DNA of 64,000 bases from Callorhinchus milii (lineage: Eukaryota). The stretch spans positions 8,992,001 to 9,056,000 of the forward strand of contig NW_024704742.1 in NCBI RefSeq assembly GCF_018977255.1. Direction: 5' to 3'. The position numbers and the translations under genes are program-made. The stretch's first letter is position 1. The number at the start of each line of letters is the position of its first letter. Shown in pieces: positions 35,410 through 48,977 of this stretch. The notes below the pieces were generated by a model, which saw only the letters and a list, made by a program, of their open reading frames with translations, did no database searches and was not told the DNA's origin.

Positions 35410-36527
35410 CTGAATTTATCCACTAATAGGTTTTGGCATGAGCCGTGAATATACACCTTGTCATGTCACACTTTAGTCTGAGGCTTTTAAGGGGCCATTT
35501 CTTAAGTATGTGTGCAATTCATGACATGCCTTGAAACATTGAAAATCAGTGCTTTTGTAGGTTGCAGAAATACGGACAGTAAACCTTTGTTAGAAAGCCA
35601 ACCAAAGACATGAACGCAGCAAATGTAACAAACACATTTCAGTGGTCTGAAGAATGAACATCAGTGAAAACACATTTGTTAATCTGACAGCGCTTCAGAG
35701 CTTGTGATTTCAGCCGTGAAAACTCTCAGCACATCACCAAGCAGTTAGTAATAATAAAAATAATAATAATCCTTGTGTTTGATACAGCGCCTTATCATGT
35801 CTTCAAGCCATCTCAAAGCGCTTCACAGAATATACTGTAAAGTGAATTGACTGTATTTTTTGTGGGTGAAACACACAACAGTTAAGGTGTCTATCTGGTT
35901 TTGATGCCTAGGAATTAATTCAACTCTCACGTGACCTTTGAATACTTCAACTACACTTTCCAACCAATCCCCCAAAAAGGAGTGTTAAAACTTGCTCTCG
36001 GTCTAAACTGGACGGAGGAAGCAGGGCAGCTCAGGCAAACCTCGCCTCTATAGCTGCTAAACGCTTCAAAATGCCAAAAACCCTTCAGTTCAAAAAAGTG
36101 TATTGACTGTATTTTGTAGGTTAACGTGGCAGCCATTTGAGCAAGCAAGCTTCTACAAACAGGCATCAGGGTAATAAAATTGATCATTCACTCCATGGCT
36201 GATTGCGGGACATTGCTGTGCACAAATTGGCTGCCCCATTTGTTCACGCAATACACAGTCACTCCACTTTACAGCACATCCTGTGATCTCTCCACTTTGA
36301 CGTATCCTCCAGAATTGAAGGATTAAGGATTTTTAAATTGTATTTATTTTATAAGAATTCTTGGCCGGGATAATGGGAAAAGAGGATTGGTTGTTAATTA
36401 TATAATGGGTAAAAGCTTGTTCACACATGGCACATAAAAGGCTCCCATTGATTGAGGTCAGGGAGGAGAGACCTTTATTCTGCCTTTAATTGTGCTTTAC
36501 CTGGCCAGAGTTTGCTTGATGTGTACC

Positions 36528-36850
36528 CTGGCTGTCAGCCTGGCTCAGTTCTTAGCACTTTTACCTCCGGCTCAGAAGGTTGTGAGTTCACGTTCGAACT
36601 CGTAAAGGCAAGACTGACACTCCATTGCAGCGCGAGGATGTTCTACACTGTCGGAGGTGATGTCCTTTGGCTGAGACGTTAAACCGAGGCCTTTCCTGCC
36701 TGATCAGGTGGACGTTAAAGATCCCATAGCACTATTTTGTAAAGGGAAGGAAGTTTCTCTCTCCCTGACCAACAGTAACAATAATCTCTCAAATAAAATT
36801 GATCATTCGTTTCATGGCATCCATATCAAATGCAAGGATGATTGATCTTA
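36528..36850 (+). mobile_element. Old DeuSINE
   Basis: tggctcagtt...cagaaggttgtgagttca head and the Deu domain cctttggctgagacgttaaaccgaggcc...aaagatcccatagcactatt. Confidence 0.8.
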
Positions 36851-37663
36851 TTACTCAGACTGGGAAGTAATGACATTTCACAACACTAACACGCATTAAC
36901 TTGATGAGCACAAAATTCAACAAAGATGAAAGAAATAACACAATACTATCAAAATCCCCCCCCCCCCCCCCCCCCCGTGCCCCCTCTCGCCACCGCATCA
37001 CTGGAGATTTCAGAATCAGTGTTGTAAGATTAAAAATTATCAAAGAGTCCAATTCAGTCACATTCCTGAGGACACACCTATGCCCATAGATTTTTCATTA
37101 TTAACAGTACGTTGATTCATCCATTATTGGCTCATTAAATTCCTTTTGATATGCTTTATACAGCACAGCTTCCTGCATAGACATGCCAACCTCCTACACA
37201 CAACTATAGGGTGCAGCAGTGACTCAGGTTCCAGCAGCAGTGTTTTTGTATCAGTCAGTGCACAATAACGCACACGCATTGCAGGGTTCATCTGGCCCTT
37301 CTCATGAGGAATAGGAGCCAAGAATTCCCCAGCGTGTTAAAACACATTCTCCACGCATAGAATATTATTAAATATTATGGCATGTTAAACAAGGAATTAT
37401 TCCCAAATGTGTCATTAAAGAAACAAAAGGCCAATTTATCTTTGAGGAATGCTGTGCCTCTAGGCATGAGTTTTGCAAACTATCAGGTGCTCTGTGAGGG
37501 TATTGACACCATTCAGTTTATCTTTTAAATCAAATTTAACAGTAAAATGAGTTTCACTGATGATATCTTATTTTGCTGAAATTAAACATGAATCAAATGT
37601 ATCAGATTTCTAACTCTAACTTTCAACTTCAGAATCATTTTTGTCAGTATAAACACACCTGAT

Positions 37664-37902
37664 GGCCAGAACTTCCACTCAGTCTTAGCCTGTGTGCCCA
37701 TTTTATCTTAATGTTAAAGATCACACAGAATTATGGAAAATCCTCAAATTCAGTCTGAATTTGGAAATCGGATTTAACACAGTTGTTTTAACAAATCATC
37801 TTCCAAATCCAGACTGGATTTAAGAAGCTTCCGCAATTCTGAGTGATGTTACGCATTAAGACAAAATAGTCTTACAGACTGTGACTGGGAGGAATTTCAG
37901 GC
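37664..37902. mobile_element. Palindromic MITE (GGCC-GAA termini, Harbinger-like)
   Basis: ~100-bp imperfect inverted arms, e.g. aaattcagtctgaatttggaa / ttccaaatccagactggattt; termini ggccagaacttcc / ggaatttcaggc. Confidence 0.65.
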
Positions 37903-39087
37903 TTAAAGTGAAGAAGAGATCTTAATAACTGTTAATTATCCGATTCAGGAGGCAGTCTGTCGATGATGATTATTTCTGAAACCACATTTCATCCTGTCAC
38001 ACCCTGTGCTAACCTTATGACACTAGTTGGGGGTTGCTGTACCAATGACTTTTTTGCAAATTTCTTCACTAAGAAATCTGTACGTCTGTGATCCTGACTC
38101 CCAGTAACGCTCCCACTCAATCTACTTTCAGAGTAGAGGGTCGTTCGTGTGGTCATGGCGTACACGGTGGGCTTACGTTTCCTCTTTCGGATTTCTTAGT
38201 TAGTAAACCTATCTAAGAAAATATTGCAAGATTGACCCGGTTACATAAGCAAATTGAGTGTCATTAATAATAATATATAATAATAATCCTTGCATTTAAT
38301 ATAGCGACGTGAGAGAGAAGGATGGAAAATGGAAAGAAATGAGTGGAGAGCACGGAATACCAAGTAGGGTAGTATCAAAAAGAAACATTTGTTCCCATAG
38401 GTGAAGATATATATGGTGGCTAAGGTTCAATGTTTTCAGTATCAGGTGATTAATAAATAGATAATACATGAGATGAGGACAATGATTTTATCCGACCTAA
38501 ACTAGAAGCAAGATTTGCTCACTTGTCATTTCAGCATTTTCAGTCTATCTCTCTATTTCTCCATGAGACTGAAAACGAAACTACAAAATAAATTCAAAAT
38601 TCAACACAGTAGTTTTAATCCCCAAACCTCAAACACGGATCAGTTGCTGTGCAGGATTCTCACATGAGCAGAAATCGACTCGACCAGGAAATCCACCTCA
38701 ACGTTACCAATGTACTATCAGGACATGGTCCCTGCACATGAGAGCAATAAACAAATAATGTGAAGACTTCAACAAGGAGCACAGACAAGTGACAGCTGTC
38801 ATCTCAAATGTGAACAAGGCTGCATTATAAAATTATTGCCACGTAAAGCACACATTGGTTGTGAGCAATTGGCTGCCGTGTCTCACCCACAAAATATACA
38901 GTCAATTCACTTACGGTATATTCTGTGAAGCACTTTGAGACGTCTCAAAGATGTGATAAGGCCCTATATCAAATGCAGAAATTATTATTATTACTTGAAA
39001 AGAGGATATTTAGGGCGTCATGACCGTAAAGCTCTGGAATAAAATTTCTAAACAACTTTACTTTTGCTCTCACCTTTTTTTATTCAA

Positions 39088-39140
39088 GTGTTCTCTCACG
39101 TGTTCTCTCACATGTTCTCTCATGTGTTCTCTCACGTGTT
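39088..39140 (+). repeat. 12-bp minisatellite (GTGTTCTCTCAC) x~4
   Basis: Directly visible tandem units. Confidence 0.85.
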
Positions 39141-39252
39141 GTAAACATTCCAACACCCCATCCAAATTACAGTTTTTCTCTTGTGATTGTAGACAGTGGG
39201 TGTCCAGAGTTTGTATGTGTGTGAGCACATAGTGTATGGAGAACATTGTGCG

Positions 39253-39615
39253 TCAGTCTGGCTCAGTTGGTAGCACACTTGCCTGTGAATCAGAAGGTTG
39301 TGTGTTCAAGCCTCATGCCAGGACTTGGAGCTCATACAGTCTGAGCTGGCACGCCGATACAGTGTGCTGCATTGTTGGAGGTGCCGTCCTTTGGATGAGA
39401 CAATAAACTGAAGCTCTGTCTGTCTGTTCAGGTAGATGTTAAAGATCTCATGGCACTATTTGATAAGAGAAGGCAGTTTCTTCTGCTTTCCTGGCCAACA
39501 ATCCTCCAATTGGTCATTTACTCCATGGCTGCTTGTGAAATATTTCTATGCACAAATTAGCTGCCACATTTACCCTCGGAACACACAGTCACTGCACTTT
39601 ACAGAAATATCCTAT
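39253..39615 (+). mobile_element. Old DeuSINE, near full length
   Basis: tggctcagttggtagcac...gaatcagaaggttgtgtgttcaag head plus Deu domain. Confidence 0.85.
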
Positions 39616-39623
39616 GCAGCGAA

Positions 39624-39777
39624 CAAAAGGCAAAATACTGCAGATGCTGTAAATCTGAAATGAAATCAGAAGTTGATGAAAACACTCTGACGAAAGGTCA
39701 TCGACCTGAAACGTTAACTCACTTTCTTCTCTCCATAGATGCTGCCTGACCTGCTAAGTGTTCCCAGCGACTTCTGT
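39624..39777 (+). mobile_element. Penelope-type element, internally deleted, with intact hammerhead core nucleotides
   Basis: CTGACGA(39687)-A-AGGTC-ATC-GACCT-GAAA-CGTT-AACTC followed by the shared arm. Confidence 0.75.
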
Positions 39778-39831
39778 ATCCTACTCAGTGCTTTGGGACA
39801 TCCTCCTGATGTGAAAGGCAGAATACAACAT

Positions 39832-39945
39832 GTGATGATGCTCCTGCTGCTGATGATGATAATAGTTTTATTATTGGTATTGTTACTATTGTTATTGTTG
39901 TTATTGTTATAATTGTTATTATTGTTTGTTATTATTGTTATTATG
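39832..39945 (+). repeat. Compound (TGA)/(TTA)/(TTG) microsatellite grown from an L2 tail
   Basis: Follows gggacatcctcctgatgtgaaaggc. Confidence 0.8.
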
Positions 39946-41689
39946 TGGTTGAGGCTGCATTCAATTGTGTCCCTCCTTCCCAATGACTACACATATTATT
40001 AAAACACACATTTAGGCTGATTTCCCTTCTTGCCTCAGTTACCAGGTATACTGAAATCCATCTCACCGCCACCACCATTGCCCTGGCTGGCGTTGGCTGA
40101 TCTGGAGCAGGACTGAACCTGGTGTGTGGGAGTGTTTCTAAATCCCCGTGGCTCAGCTCAGTGAACCTGGCTCAGTAAACCTTCTAGGTATCTATGTCTA
40201 ACCAGCCAGAGCTGTTCAGATACTGAACGACAATTCAAAATATTCTGTTGTATAAAAGAAAAAGATCAAGTTCTTTCATCCATACAGATTATTTCATTCA
40301 TACAGCCCATTCCTCCCTTTCTTTGTCTGCAATTCCCACAAACCTCTGTAGCCTCCCAACAAAAAGCTCATCGATGTTTATTCCACTCCCAAAAGGCAAA
40401 CCAGGCAAAACTCTAGACAGCCATACTTCCCATGTATCCAACGAACATCTGTTAATCATCCTTGTCTGGTTACCTTTTTGACGTGACTTTTCTAAGTTCC
40501 CAGCCAGCCCGGAAACCATTCTGTTGCACACAACATTTTATTTTCCCTCTCTCCATCAACTCTGCAATCCTCCACACTGTCCTCAATTAGATACTTCTCT
40601 AAGGCATCTAAGAAAGATAATTGGCCCCATCTTTAGTGTTGGAACATTCACAGATGTCTTGAACCTCTCAAAAATACATGGTGTCTTTTACTCTGTGAAC
40701 ACTAAGTCACATCTGAAGTGAAAATTGGGGAAAAGGGTGTTTTTTAACCAGTTCAGTCACACTTCATTTCAACCACTAGGTGTTGCTCTTTGTTCACAAA
40801 TACACTGGATTCTGATTATACAGATATACAGGTTTTATAGTTTATGTGCCATTGAAATAAATGTTTAAAAACTGTAGCATTATACATAACGTTGAACCCC
40901 ATTGCCATTTTTTTGTTCGGTGAGAGATTTAATTTTATTATTAAACACCTCTTTAGAGACATTACTTTATTGGGTCACTGACATACTGTGAGGCTGGACA
41001 CATTACTGAACTTATTCCACCCAAAGTTTGTTTGTTTCTTTGCCGTGCAATTCTGAAGTTTCATTTTATTTTAACTTAGCTTATTTTTTATTTGTTTTTT
41101 CAAATTCATTTTTTTTTGCCTTATCTAAAATGTGATTTAAGAACTATTAAACTAATTAAAATTTTCTATGGATATGACAATCCTTACATTTGTTTTTTAT
41201 TTATTTGGATTAGTTTTGGTCAGTCTGACACACCCATCACCATGTTTAAGACTATCCAACCCAAACTGAGAATTCCATGCATCCCAACTACACATTGAAA
41301 GGCATTAGACATTTGGTCTAATGCCTTTCACTAGAAGAGAACACCTCAAACAGCTGCACCAGGATTTACCAAAAAGTATAGTGACAGTATATTTTGCAGG
41401 TAAAAACAGCAGGCAATTTTTGCACAGCAATGTCTCACAACAGCTATGATGTAAATCATCAATTTTAACTACTGTACTCACATTTACAGGATGCATTTGC
41501 TCACAGCATAAATGATGTTCAACACGAAATGGAGTGTTGGGAATTATGAGGCCTCTGCCTATCATTCCCTCCTTACCCGGGGAGAGGTGGGAGGAGGTGG
41601 GCTTTGTGTGGTGAGGTCTGGGGTCTGGCTGGAAGGTTGGTGAATTGTCACATTGGAGAGTACAACTTTTAGTCCCTCTGCCTCGCCCC

Positions 41690-41905
41690 CTCCCTTGCCT
41701 CCTTCAATACCCGTCTCAAGACCCTCCTCTTCGACCGTGCCTTTGGTCACTCTCCTTCCCCTCCCCTCCCCGCCCTCCAACCCTCCTGATCGCAACCACC
41801 AGCTCGGGTGAGGATCCCTGACTGTCCAGCGCTTTGGGACATCTTCCTGCGTGAAAGATGTTGTGTAAATGACATTTGTGTTGTGATTATTATTATTATT
41901 ATTAA
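41690..41905 (+). mobile_element. L2 3' UTR
   Basis: cgtctcaagaccctcctcttcgaccgtgcc...cagcgctttgggacatc...gtgaaag. Confidence 0.8.
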
Positions 41906-42977
41906 CAACAAAATCCTGTCACCTCTCTCTCTCTTGGTAGTTGCTAACCTCAAAAGAGGTTGGAACTCCACTGTGATAGGCAATGGAAACAGAGTAGGAG
42001 AGACTTAATCTCTCTGATATCCTTCAATGGCTGGCAATGGTCCTTTTCCCTCAAGGACCCTGGGTCCTTCCAGTTGATCTCCTGTTAAAGGGTGGCATTG
42101 ACAGAGCGCTGGAACGTGTTTGTCATATACTGTTCGGCCAGGGGAAAAAATGTACGGCTTAAAAGATGTGTGTATGGAAGAGGAAAAAAATAAAACAGTT
42201 AAACATTGTGAGCAAACTGAACATTAAAATAATAATAATAATAATTCTTGCATTTGTTATAGCGCCTTATCAGGTCTCCAAGTCGTCTCACAGCTCTTTA
42301 CAGAATATACTGTAAAGTGAGTTGACTGTTTAAATATTACAATCCTACACCACCCCCCAACACCAACGCTCTGCTTTCTCTTGACAGTCAATAATTTACA
42401 GGACTTCCCAGCGACAGAGCTGCTTGACTGAGTATCACGCTTCCTCTCTTTCGTCCCTCACTGCATCTCGTCGGGTGCTAAAAGATGGGCCGAGCTGGAT
42501 CCTGGAGGAAATAGGGAGTGTCAATCACGTGCACAGAGGCTAGCATTCAAACTTGGATCTCACTCAAGAATTGCAGCTGCCTGAAACTTTACTATTGCAT
42601 TGAATTGGAGCCTTTCCTGTCTGCTATCATGTTGTATTCTGATTTGAATGAAAAACATGCTGGGACACTTTAACATGTCACTTTTATGGCATTCTGTTTC
42701 TGTAAATTGCACTCGGGTTTGCTCAGAGGGCCAAGGTCAGCATTTGAGAAGGTGTATTTCTTCATCTTCAGTAACTGCAGGGTAGCGGAAGTCCACAGGG
42801 GAGGAGGAGGAAGGGGTTGGGTAAGGACATGAACTCCCTCTCATTGTGTCTAAATATGGCAGGGCTACTGTCAAACATGGGACAGTCAGAAACCTCAGTG
42901 GAACAAAAGTGTAAATGGGAAAGAAAAATTAGCTTAATTTCTGTGCTGCTGTAAAACCTTTTCAACTATGGGTACAT

Positions 42978-43062
42978 ATGTATGTGTGTGTGCCTGTGTG
43001 TGTGTGTATGTGTGCGTACGTGTTGTCTGTGTGTATGCACGTGTGTGTTTGTGTGTGTGGAT
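42978..43062 (+). repeat. Imperfect (TG)n microsatellite
   Basis: Directly visible. Confidence 0.9.
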
Positions 43063-43722
43063 GGATGTGTGAATGGATGGGGTGGATGTAAAAATGGATC
43101 AAGTAATAAATCAGATTATTTAAAAATATATTACTTTAAATGTGAATGTTCATTGCATTCATAGAGGGACCTCAGCTTGGTTTGGATACTCTTAAGTAAG
43201 GTGATGGTTTTCCACATGTGGCAGACACCCGGGTGACCAAACATTGTGGGGATGAACTGCACTACTGTAGCTTCAAATTATCTTCACAACTGAAGTGACT
43301 TCAAAGATCATCAGAGATTACTGGATCTGGTGTTCAAACTGATCATTTGACACTACCAGCAGTGAAGAGTGTAAAGCAATGCTTGCGGACACATCCCCTA
43401 GAGGGAAAGAGTTATTTGACAGATCTGAAGAAATGTGGAATCTATTTTCTCTTGTGCTGGGTTCAGTTATGACAGGAATGAACCGGGCTACATTGCTTGA
43501 TTTCCTGTTGATTTTTATTTAGTTCACTGGAGACGGCGAGTTTTTTTTTTGATTGCGCAAAATATGGACCTGACAAACAGTCAAATAATAATAATAATCC
43601 TTGCATTTGATATAGCGCCTTATCACGTCTTCGAGACATCTCAAAGTTTCACAGAATATACTGTAAAGTGTAGTGACTATGTGTTTTGTGGGTGAAATGC
43701 GACCACAAAATTACAGAACGGA

Positions 43723-44312
43723 GGCCCAAATTTCACCTAGCCTTAGGATGATTTTGTCCTCAAGTTGAAGATTGAGCAGATTTGGGGAAAATTCTTAAAT
43801 TTAATCTTACTTTGGAAGCGAGTGTTGGGCGGGCTCAGGTAGCATCGCTCTTGCTTCTGGGTCAGAAGTTTGTTATGTTTAAGCTGGTGACTCTGAACTC
43901 AGAGGCCAAGCCGACAGTTCAGTGAAATGCTGATGGAATCTGCTACTCTCAGAAGTGCCTGTTCAGGTAGACATTAAAGATCCTATGATACTGTTTTGAA
44001 AGGAAAAGAGAGTTTCTCCAGTTCTGTCCAACAATTCCCCAGATACATTGGTTTTTCATTTCATCTATACAAATTAGCTGCTGTATCTACCTACAAAGAC
44101 ACGGTCATTAAAATTGACAGCAAATATCTGTGAAGTGCTTTAAGATAGTTTTGATGTTATAGTCTTCTTTCAAATGCAACAATTGTTATATTGTTTATAA
44201 TAACTACAAAAATAGCTTGCAAATTCAGACTGAATTTAAGAATTGTCCATAATTCTGCAGGATCTTGAATTGTAAGACAAAATAGGTCTTATAGGATAAG
44301 ACATTTCAGGTC
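43723..44312. mobile_element. Second palindromic MITE copy split by an old DeuSINE
   Basis: Left arm 43723-43820 and right arm 44215-44312 resemble the 37664 element; a DeuSINE fills ~43830-44190. Confidence 0.55.
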
Positions 44313-44777
44313 TGGCATGAGCAGAGACCTGGGATCAGTTTGACCAGACTCATGGTGAGGGGACAGACCTTAAGAGGGAACAAGGAAACATACTTAACCC
44401 ACAAATTATACAGTTAAATCACTTTACAGTATATTCTGTGAAGTACTTTGAGATGTCTTGAAAACGTGATAAGGCGCTATATTTAATGCAAGGATTATTA
44501 TTAATATTACCTCACCCGCAAAATCAAAAACTATACTGCATTATTTTATGAACTGTAGTATAAAATGTTAATTCCAACGCTAAATGAAATAAGCCTAGTT
44601 TAGTAACTACTCACTTGCTTAACTTCCACTGCCTTCATCCACCCGCATACCATGTGATGCTGAAAGAGCTGTTCAGTAGAGAATTTAGGACAAACACACG
44701 CTCACAAGTGTTAATTCTTGCTTCGTCTTTTCTTGCCTGCCAATTGGATGCCGGTCACAATGCTATGTTAGATTTGA

Positions 44778-45113
44778 GGACCTGGGTTTGATTCCCGGGC
44801 AGGGCGAAACTATGGTGAGTTTCCTTACTCCACACTCACGCCTCAGTTTATCTAGCAGTAAGTAGAAACCCAGTTGTTAGTCGATTGGTGGATCGCTTTT
44901 CCGGGGATAATAATCCCTTCGAAAATAAATAAGTAACTTGTTTACTCAATCCACGACTGTTTGTGGGACGCTGCTGTGCGCAATTGGCTGCCGCATTTCA
45001 TCCACAAAATATACAGTCAATTCACTTTACAGTATATTCTGTGAAGTGCTTTGAGACGTCTCGAAGATGTGATAAGGTGCTGTATCAAATGCAAGGATTA
45101 TTATTATTATTAT
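44778..45113 (+). mobile_element. SINE subfamily A, 5'-truncated
   Basis: Starts at the B box; tail gagacgtctcgaagatgtgataagg. Confidence 0.88.
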
Positions 45114-45583
45114 CTGACCGCAGTTGTGCAAACACACTGATCGGATGCAGCCCCTCAGCAACATCCTGCGTTAAACTGTTGCTGGAGCCAGCCTAGTAGA
45201 GTTGGCAGCTGTTTACCCTGGATCTGAAGGTTGAAGGCTGTTGGCTGACCTTGCAGTAGAGGGGAAGCATTCTATAGAGCACCTTTCACATCAGGAAGAT
45301 GTCTCATAGTGCTTCATAAGAGTTACTATATAGTGTAGTGACTGTGTATTTTGTAGGTGAAACCTACTTTGGTTAATTGAAATTATAATCCTTAACAACA
45401 CGATAAGATATTACATCGGATGGAAGGATTATTATTGAGTGGTTCACAGGATATACTGTAAAGTGTTGTGAACTTGTGCATTTTTTTGTGGGCAAACAAG
45501 AAACAGCGACCAATTTGTGCACATCAATGTCCCACAACCAGCCATGAAATGTGTGAGGAATTTTATTTAATTGGTTATTTCAT

Positions 45584-45858
45584 TGGCATCGGCGGTTGGG
45601 CCATCAGCCTCTCTGCCCCCACCCTTTGGAACTCCATCTCACAGTCCCTCCGCCTCGCTCCCTCCCTTGCCTCCTTCAAGGCGCGTCTCAAGACCCTCCT
45701 CTTCGAACTGCGCTTTCGGTCACCTTCCTACCCCCACCCTCCCTGCCCTCCACCCTCTTTGTTCCCAACCCCCAGCTCAGGCCCACATCCGACTGTCCCG
45801 TGGTGTGGGACATCCTCCTGATGTGAAAGGCACTTTACAAATATAATTTGCTGTTGTT
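45584..45858 (+). mobile_element. L2 3' fragment
   Basis: IGGWAISLSAPTLWNSI...SFKARLKTLLF, then the L2 3' UTR. Confidence 0.85.
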
Positions 45859-47009
45859 TTGTTGATGGAGGCTATTTCATCTCATGCCAGTTTGTAGGAC
45901 CTGTGTGTACAAGTTGGCTGCTGCATTTACCTATAACATACAGTCACTACATTTGATAATAATTAATATTTAGTAATAACATACCAGGAGATATTTTGCA
46001 GTACAAGGCACAGCGAAAATACAAGTTCCTCCTTCGTTCACTCCTAAAGAAGTGACTGTGTCCTGAATGTGGGATTTATAGCCTCTTTTAATATTTAGCA
46101 CTTGATGAGTGAATATTGTGGCACAGCTTACACTATACAAAGTCACTTTAAACTCTGCTTTACCACAAGGTTTTAAGCAGGTGACTGGAGTGAGGTCTGG
46201 CCTGTCACCAAAAGCATGGCAATGAGTGACCACCAGAGCTGTATTTAGTCTCTCTCGACGAGAGCTGGATTCTCTGACACTAAAAATATGCAGAATTTCA
46301 AAATACCTTTGCAAAGGAGACAAGAAAACAACAACTAGAAAATAAAAGGTAAAAAAACCCCAAAGTCAGAAATGACATAAAAGATAACAATAATAATAAT
46401 CCTTGCATTTGATATAACGCCTTATCACATTTTCGAGACGGTTCAAAGTGCTTCACAGAAATACTGTAAAGTGAATTGACTGTGTATTTTTGTGGGTGAA
46501 AATATAACTGAAATGTATTAATAGATCTCACATCTGTCGCTGTCTTTCTCTGATGTTTCTGTTTAGCTTTCTACCTGTCTCTGATTGCCTATCTCTCCTT
46601 CTATCTTTCTCATTGTGTCTTTGCCTGTATCTATCTTCCTCATTCTCTGTCTCTCTGTTTATCTTTTTACTGTGTCTGCTTTTCTCTGTGTCGTTTTCAG
46701 TATGTCCCTGTCTCTGCTCTGGGCATGTGTGATGGTCTGTCGCTGTGTATGTGATGAGAGAAAAGTTAACATCAGAACAGGCAGGAAATTTGTAAAAGCG
46801 ACAGCAGAATTTGTCACATGCTCTTCATTTCTCTCAGTTCATTTCCACGTACTCACCATCGAACCTCCCTCCCTCCCTCCTAAGATTGATAGACTCTTAA
46901 AGGGCCATGGTGCAATGCTAAGGTCTCAAATTAGGAGGACGTCATATTAATTTTCATATGGAGGAAAGGCAGCATTCTAAACATGAGGAAGAGCGTATCT
47001 ATGTACTAC

Positions 47010-47242
47010 AAACAGAAGTCGCTGGGAACACTCAGCAGATCAGGCAGCATCTAAGGAGAGAGGAAAGTAAGTTAGCGTTTCAGGTCGATGACCTTTCGTC
47101 TGAGTGTTCTGACAAAATGTTATCGACCTGAAACTTGAACTCACTTTCCTCTCTCCATAGATGCTGCCTGATCTGCCGAGTGTTTCCAGCGACTTCTGTT
47201 TTCATTTCAGATTTTCAGTGTCTGCAGTATTTTGCTTTTTGT
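47010..47242. mobile_element. Penelope-type fold-back with two opposed degenerate hammerhead cores
   Basis: Long inverted arms; centre gtttcaggtcgatgacctttcgtctga-gtgt-tctgacaaaatgttatcgacctgaaac. Confidence 0.78.
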
Positions 47243-47617
47243 CTAAATGTGTACTGATTGAGCTAGAATTTAATAGTGAAATCTCTGTCCCAACTCATTC
47301 TTCACACTCGAGCAGAGCAATTTTACTGGGTGTGTGTTCCTCAGAAGAAAAATAGGTCACATGGGGCTTGGGCTTGAGCACAACCTTCTGACCCAGAGGT
47401 AAACGTGCTGAGAGAAGCTGACAACAAGGTACTGGACAGGAATAGGACAAGTTAGAGACAAAATAAAGCTCTCTCCTCCGCCACAGACAATGCGCCACGT
47501 GTAACCCAGGTGCCCTTAATCACGTAAATGACAACCAGGGCAATGAAAAGCTTTCATCCATTATATAATCAACAACCATCCTTTTTTCCAGTATTCTGGC
47601 CAACAATCCTCCATTCC

Positions 47618-48138
47618 AGATTAGTCAGCCCTCTGTGTCGGGCTCGTTCGTGAGCCAGGCGGGTCCACAGTACTGCAGGTCACTGCTGACGATAGCACAG
47701 CCTGGCTCATCGGCAGGACCTGGAAGGGCAGCCCAGTCACTGTGGGCAGGGAGTCATCCCATTCAGCTTCTGTTAACCCTGCAAGCCAAAGCCCTAACGG
47801 TCAGGGTGGTCCTAGCTGGACAAGCAGCGGGAAAACTTGCTGGATAGCAATATCAATGGAAAGTTATGTGGTTTTAGCTGGTTAGACTCCAGCAGTTACC
47901 CCAACGCACACTCTGGGCTCCCCAAACCTTGACTCTTGACAACCTGCGCCTAATACTTTCCGGAATTAGGTAAGTAGGATACATCCCTCCAGGGAGAGAG
48001 TGCGCATTCCATTCCAACAATCTATCTCTGGGATTTCCAGTGAAGGTGGGATGCATGGAAATCTCAGCTTATTTTGGTTTGTTTTTAAACACAATGATGG
48101 CTTTCTGCATTTGTCAAACACCCAGCTGAGTAAAAAAA
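47618..48138 (+). repeat. Unclassified repeat family U
   Basis: Colinear with 24240-24740. Confidence 0.85.
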
Positions 48139-48232
48139 TGTCAATTATTTAAAAGAAAAAGAACATTGTTCCAAAATAGAGTGTTACTGATAATAAATAT
48201 CCTTACCTTTGTTGTTGTCTTGCAGCGAATTT

Positions 48233-48565
48233 TGGAGTCTTGTAGTATATTGCCTGGAGCACTAGCCTCACAAGTGAGAGGACCCAGGTTTAATTCTTAA
48301 GCAGGGTAAATCTTAGGCAAATTTGCTTACTCAACACACCTCTGTTTGCCTTGTGGTAAGTAGGAACCCAATTATTAGTTCATTGGCAGATTGCTTTCCG
48401 GATGTAATAGTTTCTTCAAAAAAATAAAATAATAATAATAATTGGGTCATTCAATCAATGACAGTTGGCTGGCACGTTTTGCCTGTATATTCTGTGAACT
48501 GCTTTGAGACGTATTAAAGATGTGATAAAGTGCAAGATCAAAAGCAAGGATTATTATTATTATTA
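48233..48565 (+). mobile_element. SINE subfamily A (decayed)
   Basis: Head, central block and tail recognisable; followed by a CR1 3' end to ~48775. Confidence 0.8.
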
Positions 48566-48977
48566 TAGCCTGACGTTGTTGCAACACGGAATGCTTTGCC
48601 ATGAACAGCTTGAGGCCGAGACCGCAACAACACTCAACAGAGAGTTGAATAAACATTTGAAGGCAGACCTTATTTTGGGAGCGAGCGGGGCATTTTGATG
48701 ACATTGGAGGAGCTGGCACCAGCTTGGCTTTGTTGGGCCAAATGGCCTCCTCCTGCGCAGAAAATTACTATGATTTCACCTGGAACCCGCCTGGTCCTGC
48801 CAGAGGCTGCTGACATCACTGCTGGGCGGGCTCAGATCTATTCCCAGAGCAAGTCCATTACTGAACTTCTCCAGGACATGTTTCCTGCTCTAATACACAT
48901 CGTCAGAGCAGTCTGAGGGCAGGAAGAGACATGTCCTAAGTAATATACAGAGGAACAAGTATTCGTCTGAGAGATGA

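Noticed and set aside
40380..40540. Possible LINE ORF1 esterase remnant on the minus strand
   Set aside because: Only a vague VSGL...N..R.IN resemblance; too weak to call by eye.
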